Notes: generated by a model not told the origin, from the sequence alone. A stretch of DNA of 64,000 nucleotides from Vicinamibacterales bacterium (GCA_965197385.1 CBDANA010000007.1:68054-132053); one strand, 5' to 3'; numbered from the stretch's first letter, positions 17,163 to 24,809 are shown. Program-made: numbers and translations.

Positions 17163-18356
17163 ATGGCAATTGCTGTAGCCTTAGCTGAAGGAGTCGTTGC
17201 GATGCTGTCTAAACCTCTTGCCCTCGGCGCCCTGGTCCTGGCCGCACTGGTTGCGGTGGGCACAGGCGCCTACCTAGGCGTTCGCCAGAACGATGCCAAT
17301 CTGCAGTTTGCGGCGAAGGTCAGCCCGGAGCGCCCAGCCGATGACGAAACGGCCGAGCCGCTGGCCATCGTCGAAGAAACGGAAACGGTGATCGACGAGT
17401 CCCCGGTGGAGATCGAACCGAAACCGGCCGCGCCTGTGGCGAGGGCCGAGCCGGCGCCGCCGGCCGTTGCCGTGTCAGAACCGGAACCGCTCCCGGCTGA
17501 GCCAGTCGAACCGGCCCCGTCGGTTGCGGTGCCGGCACCGAGACCCGAACTAGTTCAAGCACCAGTCGAAGCCCCAGTCGAGGCAATCGACCGGGGCTTC
17601 GAGGTCGACCAAATTTTCGAAGAAGACGAGATCGGCGGCGTAGCCTCCGTCGAGCCGATTTCCAGCCCGGCGCCGGCGGACGACGCGAACCCGTGGCGGC
17701 AACTCGAGGCGCCGTGGCCCTCTGATGACGATGATGATGATACTGATGCCGGGACCGTCGTCCAGCGAGCGCCGGCTGACACCGATGCCCCGTGGTCGAA
17801 CGTGGCGGACGGCGCCGAACCGGAGCTGCGGTTCGACGAGCTCGTCGTCGCCGCCGATTCGGTGATCGGCCTGCAAATCGAGACACGTGTGAGCAGCGAG
17901 GATGCGCGCGTCGAGGATTCGGTCGACGCCCGGGTGACGCGCGATGTCCTGGTCGACGACCGGGTCGCCGTGCCCGCGGGCGCTCGGCTGCATGGCTCGG
18001 TCGTGCTGGTCGAGCGCGGCGGCCGGATGAGCAAGGGGGCGAGAATCGGCGTCCGGTTCCACACGCTGGTGATGGCGGACAGCACCGAATTGGCGATCGT
18101 CACCGAGACGATCTACCGCGAGGGTGAGGGCCAGGGCGGCCGAAGAGCCAAGGCGATCGGCGGGGCGGCGGTGACTGGCGCCATTCTCGGCGCCATCTTC
18201 GGCGGCAGGCGCGGTGCCGTCCTCGGCGGAAGCGTGGGCGCCGCCGGGAGCACGGCGGGCGTCATAACCGGCGACCGGAACCGCACGACGCTGCTGCCCG
18301 GCATGACGTTCACGATGCGTCTGCTACAGCCTGTCACCGTGCTCGTCGATTGGTAG
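17163..18356 (+). CDS. membrane-anchored hypothetical protein with Pro/Glu-rich linker and C-terminal beta domain plus glycine-zipper segment
   Basis: N-terminal TM helix (LALGALVLAALVAVGTGAYL), a PE/PA-rich linker and a DDDDDD run. The C-terminal region is loosely reminiscent of TrbI/VirB10-type beta domains. A GxxxG-rich stretch follows (GGAAVTGAILGAIFGGRRGAVLGGSVGAAG). An alternative start is at 17202. Confidence 0.6.
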   Translation: MAIAVALAEGVVAMLSKPLALGALVLAALVAVGTGAYLGVRQNDANLQFAAKVSPERPADDETAEPLAIVEETETVIDESPVEIEPKPAAPVARAEPAPPAVAVSEPEPLPAEPVEPAPSVAVPAPRPELVQAPVEAPVEAIDRGFEVDQIFEEDEIGGVASVEPISSPAPADDANPWRQLEAPWPSDDDDDDTDAGTVVQRAPADTDAPWSNVADGAEPELRFDELVVAADSVIGLQIETRVSSEDARVEDSVDARVTRDVLVDDRVAVPAGARLHGSVVLVERGGRMSKGARIGVRFHTLVMADSTELAIVTETIYREGEGQGGRRAKAIGGAAVTGAILGAIFGGRRGAVLGGSVGAAGSTAGVITGDRNRTTLLPGMTFTMRLLQPVTVLVDW

Positions 18357-18385
18357 TGACCTGCCCCCCAGGGTTGTGCCACTGC

Positions 18386-18698
18386 TTATGAGAGAGCTGG
18401 ACTCATTTCTGAGCTCCCAAGCGCTGCCGGCATGATCGCGTCCGGGGCCGGTGGGCGGTAGCCCCGCGCACGGTGCGGCCGCACCGTGTTGTCCTGCCGC
18501 CGCCATCGCTCGATCAAGATCCTGGCTTCCGTCAGGGGATAGAAGATCTCACGGTCCAGGAGTTCGTCGCGGAACTGGCCGTTAAACGATTCGATGTACC
18601 CATTCTCCCATGGGCTCCCCGGCTCGATGAACAGCGTCTGCACCTGTAGGGCCGCGAGCCAGAGTCGGATGAGCTCGGCCGTGAACTCCGGGCCGTTG
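18386..18698 (-). pseudogene. IS3-family transposase, C-terminal (integrase-core) fragment
   Basis: DNGPEFTAELIRLWLAALQVQTLFIEPGSPWENGYIESFNGQFRDELLDREIFY...RWRRQDNTVRPH is the classic rve-domain C-terminus. Confidence 0.88.
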
Positions 18699-18784
18699 TC
18701 GAGGATATGGAGATGACAGGAAGGGCGCCCTCACCCCATCTCCGCATAGTCTCCGTGCAATCACGACAAAGCAGGGAGGCCAGC

Positions 18785-20041
18785 ATGAGACAGGATGAGA
18801 GGCACCACACGTTGGACGACATCTTCGTGGGCATCGATCTGGCGACCCGTCAGCACCAGGTGGTCGTCCTCGATGGGCAGGGACACCGCCTCACGAGCTT
18901 CAAGGTTTCGCATTCTCGAGAGGGGCTGCGCGAGCTCGTGGAGCGCTGCTCGGCCCGTCGAGTCGGCCGGGGACGAGGTACGGTGCACTTCGCGTTCGAG
19001 GCCACCGGACACGTGTGGGAGGCGGTTGGTGCATTCTTTGAGCAGCGCGCGCTTCGGTATCACGTCGTCAATCCGCTCGCGACCTTCCGGGTGCGCGAGG
19101 CTCGGCAGATGGGACGCGACAAGCGAGACCTGACCGACGCAGAGCAGATCGCGCAGCTGCTGCGCACGGGGGTCGTGACCAAGTGCCAGCTCTTGCCCGC
19201 TCGATACATGCAACTGCGGCGAGCCTGGGGCGAGTATCAGCGTCTACGCTGCGAGCGCGCCCGCCTCAAGACCCTGCTCGTGCATCAGCTCTACGGCGTG
19301 TTTCCGGAAATCGTCGGCGAGTGGAAAACCGTCACGGCGCCTGGGTGCCTCGCGGTGCTGCGGGCGGGCTTGCCCCCGCAGGACATCGCGATGCTGACGA
19401 AGCCGGCCTTCATCCGAGTCGTGCAAGAGCACCGGCGGGGACGGCGGATGTGGCGCTTCAAGATTGAGCAAGTCTGGGAGAAGGCCGGGAGGACGGTGGC
19501 GGCGCTCCATGGGCATGAGGCCGCCATGCGTGAAGTGACTCGGCTGGTCGAGCGTCTCGACTTCGTCGGCGACCAACTCGATCGCGTCGCGGGCGAGCTC
19601 CAGACCGACCTCGAGGGGTTTGAGGAGCCGACGTATCTCGCGCCGTTGCCGGGGACCGGGTGGGTCACGATCGCCGGGCTACTCGCCGAGATCGGCCCCT
19701 TTCACCGATTCCGGCACGGCCGGCAGTTAGTGAAGCTCGCCGGCCTGCAGCCGTCGAGACGGGAAAGCGGCCAGCACGCGGGCCGCACGCCGATCAGCAA
19801 GCGCGGCCGGGCGCAGCTGCGCGCCGTGGTCTACATGGCCACGCTGTCGTCCATACGCCATACCCGGCGCCTGAGAGCCCACTACGAGCGCCTCACGCAG
19901 CGCGTCACGCGGCCCCTGCCCCCCATGCAAGCGATCGGGGCCTGCATGACCAAGCTGCTGCACTACGCGTTCGCCGTCGTCCACAACCAAACGGCGTTCG
20001 ACGTCAACCACGTGTGGAGGGATGATCCGATCGCCGCCTAG
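18785..20041 (+). CDS. IS110-family transposase/recombinase (element A; short 5' end, long 3' tail, IS1111-like layout)
   Basis: FVGIDLA...FEATGHVW...DLTDAEQIA DEDD-type N-domain, with C-terminal LPGTGWVTIAGLLAEIG...SGQHAGRTPISKRGRAQLR. The ATG at 18785 is preceded by AGGGAGG. Confidence 0.9.
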   Translation: MRQDERHHTLDDIFVGIDLATRQHQVVVLDGQGHRLTSFKVSHSREGLRELVERCSARRVGRGRGTVHFAFEATGHVWEAVGAFFEQRALRYHVVNPLATFRVREARQMGRDKRDLTDAEQIAQLLRTGVVTKCQLLPARYMQLRRAWGEYQRLRCERARLKTLLVHQLYGVFPEIVGEWKTVTAPGCLAVLRAGLPPQDIAMLTKPAFIRVVQEHRRGRRMWRFKIEQVWEKAGRTVAALHGHEAAMREVTRLVERLDFVGDQLDRVAGELQTDLEGFEEPTYLAPLPGTGWVTIAGLLAEIGPFHRFRHGRQLVKLAGLQPSRRESGQHAGRTPISKRGRAQLRAVVYMATLSSIRHTRRLRAHYERLTQRVTRPLPPMQAIGACMTKLLHYAFAVVHNQTAFDVNHVWRDDPIAA

Positions 20042-20274
20042 AGACCTGAGGCTCCGGCTCCGGCCGGAGAGGAGGCCATGCCGACCGTTGTCCTGCGCCC
20101 TTCGAGTCGAAGACAGCTCGACGCCCGTCCGCCAGGCACCCTCCGCTCCTCGGGTATGAGTCCGGATGACGCACGATGGGCCGGCTCCAGCGAGCCCGTG
20201 CCCGTATCTGTCCCTCGATTGGACAGCCCAACGGCGCCGAGAGCCTTGACGCCCCTATATGTCAAGACGGTCGT
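20042..20274. ncRNA. candidate IS110/IS1111-type non-coding RNA (bridge/seek RNA) region; also holds the junction of the two elements
   Basis: This 233-bp tract between two convergent recombinase genes has no credible ORF. It contains GC-rich palindromes such as CTCCGGCCGGAG. The assignment rests on the known family architecture only. Confidence 0.3.
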
Positions 20275-21360
20275 TCAGGCCGCCAAGTCTGCGGCTTGGC
20301 GCGCTCGGTAGTCTGCCATCACGCGCTGAAAGATCTCGCGGGCGAGAAAGCGTTTAAGACAGCGGATGATCTCCCGTTTGGGCCGCCCTTCAGCGGTGCG
20401 TCGTTCGACGTAGTTGAGGGTTGGTGTGTGGAACCGCATCCGCACGATGACGGCCCGGTGGAGCGCGGCGTTGGCCTGGCGATGACCGCCGCGGTAGAGG
20501 CGGTGGCGCCCCGTCGTCATCCCGGACGAAGCCGGGATGGGGCAGGCCCCGCAAAGCTTGGCGAAGGCGGCTTCAGAATGAATCCGATCGGGGGTGTCGC
20601 CAAAGATGATCAGCAGTTCGGCGGCGGTGTCGGCACCGATGCCGAAGCCCTCACGCAGCGTCGGTGAGGTCTGGGTGGTGAGTCGACTCACGTGACGGTC
20701 GTGGTCCACGATTTCGACGGAGAGAGCGAACCAGCGACGGGCGAGCGCCCGGAGGGTATGTTTCGCCGAGGCGGTCGGCGTATCGATCGTGCCGCAGCGC
20801 CATCCGCGGCAGCGTTTGAGGAGCGCCTGGTCGGCGAGCGGGTTGAGGGTCTCTCGCAGCGCGGGCGGCGCGGTGACGACGATCTGCTTCAGCGTGATCA
20901 TCGCCGAGGTGCGGGCTTTGACCGCCGTCCGGCGCGCGACTTTGAGGTGGCGCATCATCTCGACCGCTCCGTCCGCGGTCTTCGGGATGGCGGTCGATTG
21001 GCCCGCCAGAACCGACCGCGCGGCGGTCTCGGCATCCACGGGGTCGGACTTCCCGGCGATTCGACGTGTGCGCCGGTCGCCTCGGTTCACTTCGAGCACC
21101 TGGTGCCCGGCTCGCCGGACCGCGCGAGTGAGTCCCGCCCCGTAGCTGCCGGTGCCCTCGATGCCGAACGCGGCGATGCGGCCGTGACGCTCGGCCCAGG
21201 TGATCAGCTGTTGGTAGCCGTCTGAGTCGGCGGCACACGATCGATCGTCGAGGCGGACCCCCCTCGTGTCGATCGCCACGGCCACGTGGACGTGCTTGTG
21301 GGTGTCCACGCCGACGATCACCTTCCGCGCGTCAGGCTGGATAGTCCTGTGGTTCGTCAC
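20275..21360 (-). CDS. IS110-family transposase/recombinase (element B; long 5' non-coding end, IS110-like layout)
   Basis: VIVGVDTHKHVHVAVAID...FGIEGTGSYGAGL...KSDPVDAE N-domain, with C-terminal SSGMTTGRHRLYRGGHRQANAALH. The GTG start is preceded by GAGGAGG. Confidence 0.9.
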   Translation of the reverse strand: MTNHRTIQPDARKVIVGVDTHKHVHVAVAIDTRGVRLDDRSCAADSDGYQQLITWAERHGRIAAFGIEGTGSYGAGLTRAVRRAGHQVLEVNRGDRRTRRIAGKSDPVDAETAARSVLAGQSTAIPKTADGAVEMMRHLKVARRTAVKARTSAMITLKQIVVTAPPALRETLNPLADQALLKRCRGWRCGTIDTPTASAKHTLRALARRWFALSVEIVDHDRHVSRLTTQTSPTLREGFGIGADTAAELLIIFGDTPDRIHSEAAFAKLCGACPIPASSGMTTGRHRLYRGGHRQANAALHRAVIVRMRFHTPTLNYVERRTAEGRPKREIIRCLKRFLAREIFQRVMADYRARQAADLAA

Positions 21361-21636
21361 CGGGTGGCCTCCTCGGGTGCTGGTGCGTCGGCCGGATGGG
21401 CGGACAGGACTGTGATGGGTCGACGTTGCAGCAGGCCCCTATTGGGTCACGGCCCATCCGGTCAGACGGGTTGCCGTGTCAATCGCCGACGGACGATGAC
21501 CGACAGTTCAGTAGCCAGGACCGTAGGTCAGTCAACTTGTGGGTCAGGCCAGCGCCCACCGGCACCCACCGGTGTCACTGAGCAACCCCGACAGGCAGGG
21601 GAATCATGCTCACAGACAACTTGGTCATAGCACGCG
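21361..21636 (-). ncRNA. candidate bridge-RNA-encoding left end of IS110 element B
   Basis: 276-bp non-coding tract between the recombinase start and the IS3 junction. It contains a perfect 10-bp long-range pairing, CCGGATGGGC (21392..21401) with GCCCATCCGG (21452..21461). Confidence 0.35.
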
Positions 21637-22462
21637 GACCGCAGGTGCGCCGGGACGCCGTGGGTGACGAAACGCTGGGCCAGCGTCTCGAGTACCTCCA
21701 TCGATCGCACCCACCGGGCGACCACGATTGCCAAGCATTCCCGCGAATACTCCTCGACGATGGTGAGGATCTTCAGCGGCCGGCCGGCCTGCGTCCGGTC
21801 CGCCACGAAGTCATACGCCCAGACGTGGTGGCGATACGCGGGGCGGCGGCGAATGCACGAGCCATCCGCGAGCCACCGCCGGCCCCGGTTCGGCTGTTGC
21901 TGCGGCACTTTCAGCCCCTGCTCGTCGCCACAGCCGCTCCACGCGCTTGTGATGCACCGCCCACCCGTCCCCACGTAAGCGCCCGGTGATGCGCCGAGAG
22001 CCATACCGCCCATCCCGCGTCGCCAATGCGATCATCCGAGCCCCCAGGCGCGGCTCGTCCACCGGCACCATGGCCTGATCCCGAGGGGTCGACCGCGCGT
22101 GGCCGATCACGCGACACGCCCGCCTCTCCGACACGCGCAACTGGCGGCGGACGTGCGCCCCCGCCTGCCGGCGTCGGGGCGGGCTCAGAAGTTTCCCGAG
22201 GGCACCTCTTTGAGAATCGCGTGGTCGAGCGCCTGGTCCCCACCAGCTTCTTCAGCTGGGTATTCTCTCGCTCGAGGGCCTGCAGCCGCTTGGCCTGGTC
22301 GAGCCGCAAGCCGCCGTATTCCTTCCGCCCCCGAGAGTACGTCTGCTCGCTGATCCCGAGCGTCTTACAAACCTGCGGCGTCCGCAGGCCTCGGCCCAGC
22401 TCCACTGCCGCCTGCCGAAGCTTCGTGATGATCTGTGCCGTGCTGGACCGCTTTCTGGGCAT
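21637..22462 (-). pseudogene. IS3-family transposase, OrfA and N-terminal OrfB fragment, multiply frameshifted
   Basis: MPRKRSSTAQIITKLRQAAVELG...ISEQTYSRGRKEYGGLRLDQAKRLQALERENTQLKKLV is the OrfA HTH/leucine zipper. OrfB pieces (RVSERRACRVIGHARST; LKVPQQQPNRGRRWLADGS...VWAYDFV...ECLAIVV) lie in three frames, which implies at least two non-programmed frameshifts. Confidence 0.85.
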
Positions 22463-22558
22463 CTTGCCGCCTGCTGCAGCGCCCGAATGCTAACGCTCGG
22501 GCTGGTTCAGTTCCAGGGGGCAAGGTCACTAGCCGGGAGGTCAGGAACCCGTCTCCCG

Positions 22559-23023
22559 TCAGTCTTCGACGATGTCTGCCGTGATCGCAATCTTTATACA
22601 GCCGCGCACGCTGGTCGCGGCGGGGCACTTGCTCTCGTGCGTCGCGAGCGCCCGCTCAGCGGCAGCCCGGGTCCCGGCCGGGATCTTCAAGGCGTAGCGC
22701 ACCCGGATCTCCGTGATCCGCAGCACGCGGTCCACGGCCGCGATGTCGCCTTCCACGGCGGCCGTCAGGCGGCCGCCCTCGGATGGAATCTGGCGCACCT
22801 CCAGTGCGCCGGCGAGGGTGCCGAGCAGTCAACCACCGACGGCGGCAATGATGTGGTCGAGCGTCGCCGGCAGGTCCTCCTCCGGCTCCACGCCGTAGAA
22901 ACGCTTGATTCCACCATGGACGCCGAAGCGAATCGGCGTCTCGAAACTCTCGATGTACGCGTGACGGATGGGCCCCTTGATTTTTTCCAGCCGTATCCGA
23001 CTGGTGTGGATAATTTCAGCCAC
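22559..23023 (-). CDS. OsmC/Ohr-family peroxiredoxin-like protein interrupted by one in-frame UGA (candidate selenocysteine codon; alternatively a nonsense pseudogene)
   Basis: ORFs 22829..23023 and 22559..22798 share a frame and are separated only by the TGA at 22829..22831. Together they give 154 codons, a full OsmC length. The motif is IIAAVGG-[UGA]-LLGTLAGAL, and the second conserved Cys is in HESKCPAATSV. The GTG start is preceded by AGGAGGG. Confidence 0.6.
22776..22818 (-). promoter_or_regulatory. SECIS-like stem-loop downstream of the in-frame UGA
   Basis: In the mRNA sense: CCCUCG-CC-GGCGCAC-UGGAG-GUGCGCC-AGAUUCCAUC-CGAGGG. The upper stem is 7 perfect bp (22792..22810) and starts 18 nt after the UGA. 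The apical loop contains GG. Confidence 0.4.
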
Positions 23024-23053
23024 AGCACCCTCCTAGCGCTATAATTCTGCGCC

Positions 23054-23236
23054 ATGCGAACCCCACACGTCACACATTTGTTGATCCCGGCGCTCGTCCT
23101 CGTGGCCACCACTGCCGTCAGTGCGCAGGAACTGACGAAGGACGGCTGGGATGTCGAGCGGGCGACGGCGGAAGCGGAAGCGATCGGCCTGCGGTCGCCG
23201 GTCCTGAAGGAGTTCGCGCTCGACTTTGTCCGATAG
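23054..23236 (+). CDS. small signal-peptide ORF, possibly the N-terminal remnant of a secreted hydrolase
   Basis: 60 aa starting MRTPHVTHLLIPALVLVATTAVSAQE. A perfect TATAAT sits at 23040..23045, 8 nt before the ATG, giving a leaderless-type layout. No family recognised. Confidence 0.25.
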   Translation: MRTPHVTHLLIPALVLVATTAVSAQELTKDGWDVERATAEAEAIGLRSPVLKEFALDFVR

Positions 23237-23282
23237 CCGCCGGAACGCAGCACCGTCTGGCACCGGCGCGCCGCTCGGTGAC

Positions 23283-24719
23283 ATGGACGCCGAGTCGTTT
23301 CGGCGTCACGGACGACGCGCGCTCGAGTGGATCGCCGGATACCTCGAGCATTCCGAACGCTATCCCGTCCTGTCGCGGGTCTCGCCCGGGGAGGTGCGAT
23401 CGCAGCTCCCCGCCAGCCCGCCTGAACAGGGCGAGTCGCTCGACGCGATTCTCGATGACTTCGAGCAGATCATCGCGCCCGGCTTGACCCACTGGAACCA
23501 CCCCGGCTTCTTCGCCTATTTCGCCATCTCCGGCAGCGCGCCCGGGGTGATTGGCGAGTTTCTGACCGCGACCCTCAACGTGCAGGCGATGCTCTGGCGG
23601 ACCTCACCCGCGGCGACGGAATTGGAGGAGCTGACGCTCGACTGGCTGCGACAGCTCGTCGGCCTGCCCGAGGGATTCGACGGGGTGATCTACGACACCG
23701 CGTCGGTGTCCACGCTTCACGCGCTGGCCGCCGCGCGCGAAGTGGCGCTGCCGGACGTTCGTGACCAGGGGCTCGTGGGACGCAGCGAACTGTCCGGCGT
23801 CCGGGTCTATGCCTCGGAGCACACCCACTCGTCGATCGAGAAGTCGGTGATGCTGCTCGGTCTGGGCCGGCGCGCGCTCCGGTGCATTCCAGCCGACGCG
23901 GAGTATCGCATGCGGCCCGACGCACTGGCGGCCGCCGTTGCGGAAGACCGGGCGGCCGGACTCGTGCCGATCGCCGCCGTCGCCACGGTCGGCACCACCT
24001 CCTCGACGAGCGTCGATCCGGTGCCGGCCATCGCGCGGATCTGCAACGCCGAGGGGATCTGGCTGCACGTCGACGCCGCCTACGCCGGCGTCGCCGCCAT
24101 GGTGCCGGAGTGCGCCCACGTGCTCGACGGCTGCGAGCGCGCCGATTCGGTCGTCATCAACCCGCACAAGTGGCTGTTCACGCCGTTCGACCTCAGCGCG
24201 CTGTTCTCGACGCGCATGGACGCCGTGCGGTCCGTGTTCGCCTTGACGCCGGAATACCTCCGGACCTCAGACGCCGGCCAGGTCAGGAACCTGATGGACA
24301 CCGGCATTCAGCTCGGCCGCCGGTTTCGGGCGCTGAAACTGTGGATGGTGCTTCGCCACTTCGGCGCCGAGGGCCTCCGACGGCGGCTGGCCGAGCACAT
24401 GCGCCTGGCTCGGCTATTCGCGGGCTGGGTGGATGCCGACGCTGATTTCGAACGCCTCGCGCCCGTCCCGTTCAGCGTCGTCTGCTTTCGGGCCAAGCCG
24501 ACCGGCCGCTCCTGGAGCGAAGCTGACCTGGAGCGCTTGAACGCGTCGATCATCGACGCGCTGAATGCCTCGGGTGACGTGTTTCTCGGACATACGAAAT
24601 TAGACGACCGGTATGCGATCCGCCTGGCCATCGGGCACATTCGTACGACCCAGCGGCACGTCACACACGCCTGGGAGCTGGTGCGGCAGCACACACGCGC
24701 GTTGACCGAACGCCAATAA
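23283..24719 (+). CDS. pyridoxal-dependent (group II) aromatic-L-amino-acid/L-tryptophan decarboxylase family
   Basis: THWNHPGFFAYF, TSSTSVDP and the PLP-lysine motif NPHKWLFTPFD. The start is set at the ATG (MDAESFRRHG...) rather than the upstream TTG. Confidence 0.9.
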   Translation: MDAESFRRHGRRALEWIAGYLEHSERYPVLSRVSPGEVRSQLPASPPEQGESLDAILDDFEQIIAPGLTHWNHPGFFAYFAISGSAPGVIGEFLTATLNVQAMLWRTSPAATELEELTLDWLRQLVGLPEGFDGVIYDTASVSTLHALAAAREVALPDVRDQGLVGRSELSGVRVYASEHTHSSIEKSVMLLGLGRRALRCIPADAEYRMRPDALAAAVAEDRAAGLVPIAAVATVGTTSSTSVDPVPAIARICNAEGIWLHVDAAYAGVAAMVPECAHVLDGCERADSVVINPHKWLFTPFDLSALFSTRMDAVRSVFALTPEYLRTSDAGQVRNLMDTGIQLGRRFRALKLWMVLRHFGAEGLRRRLAEHMRLARLFAGWVDADADFERLAPVPFSVVCFRAKPTGRSWSEADLERLNASIIDALNASGDVFLGHTKLDDRYAIRLAIGHIRTTQRHVTHAWELVRQHTRALTERQ

Positions 24720-24765
24720 TAATGAAGACCGAAGTCGGCGCCCGATGGCCCGAGCAACCGGATAT

Positions 24766-24807
24766 TGAAATTTGAAATTTGAAATTTGAGAATTGAGACG
24801 GGAGACC
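24766..24807. repeat. AT-rich heptamer repeat TTGAAAT x3 plus 3 degenerate units
   Basis: TTGAAAT TTGAAAT TTGAAAT TTGAGAA TTGAGAC GGGAGAC, ending 2 nt before the ATG of the OMP gene. Confidence 0.7.
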
Positions 24808-24809
24808 AC

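Larger units (their letters stand above)
18699..21636. mobile_element. two different IS110-family elements arranged tail to tail, inserted in the IS3 transposase gene
   Basis: Removing this interval restores ...VPAHLRS|DNGPEF... in frame with no target duplication longer than 1 nt. It contains two convergent IS110-type recombinase genes. The internal boundary (somewhere in 20042..20274) is not resolved. Confidence 0.8.
18357..22528 (-). mobile_element. degenerate IS3-family element (about 1.23 kb of its own sequence) carrying a 2.94-kb insertion
   Basis: Imperfect terminal inverted repeats TGACCTGCCCCCC... (18357) and ...GGGGGCAAGGTCA (22528), i.e. TG...CA termini. The interior is colinear with IS3 OrfA/OrfB once 18699..21636 is removed. 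A possible 3-bp TAG duplication is seen if the right end is 22529. Confidence 0.75.

Noticed and set aside
17320-18103. Minus-strand ORFs (188, 170 and 182 aa) antisense to gene 17163..18356
   Set aside because: They are Arg/Pro/Ser-rich shadow frames of the Pro/Glu/Ala-rich linker region, with no independent support.
18724-18740. GGGGTGAGGGCG REP half-motif inside the 5' end of IS110 element A as evidence of REP targeting
   Set aside because: The element here is inserted in IS3 coding DNA, not in a REP. A single 12-mer match may be coincidental in GC-rich DNA. It is mentioned only as a lead under the REP finding.
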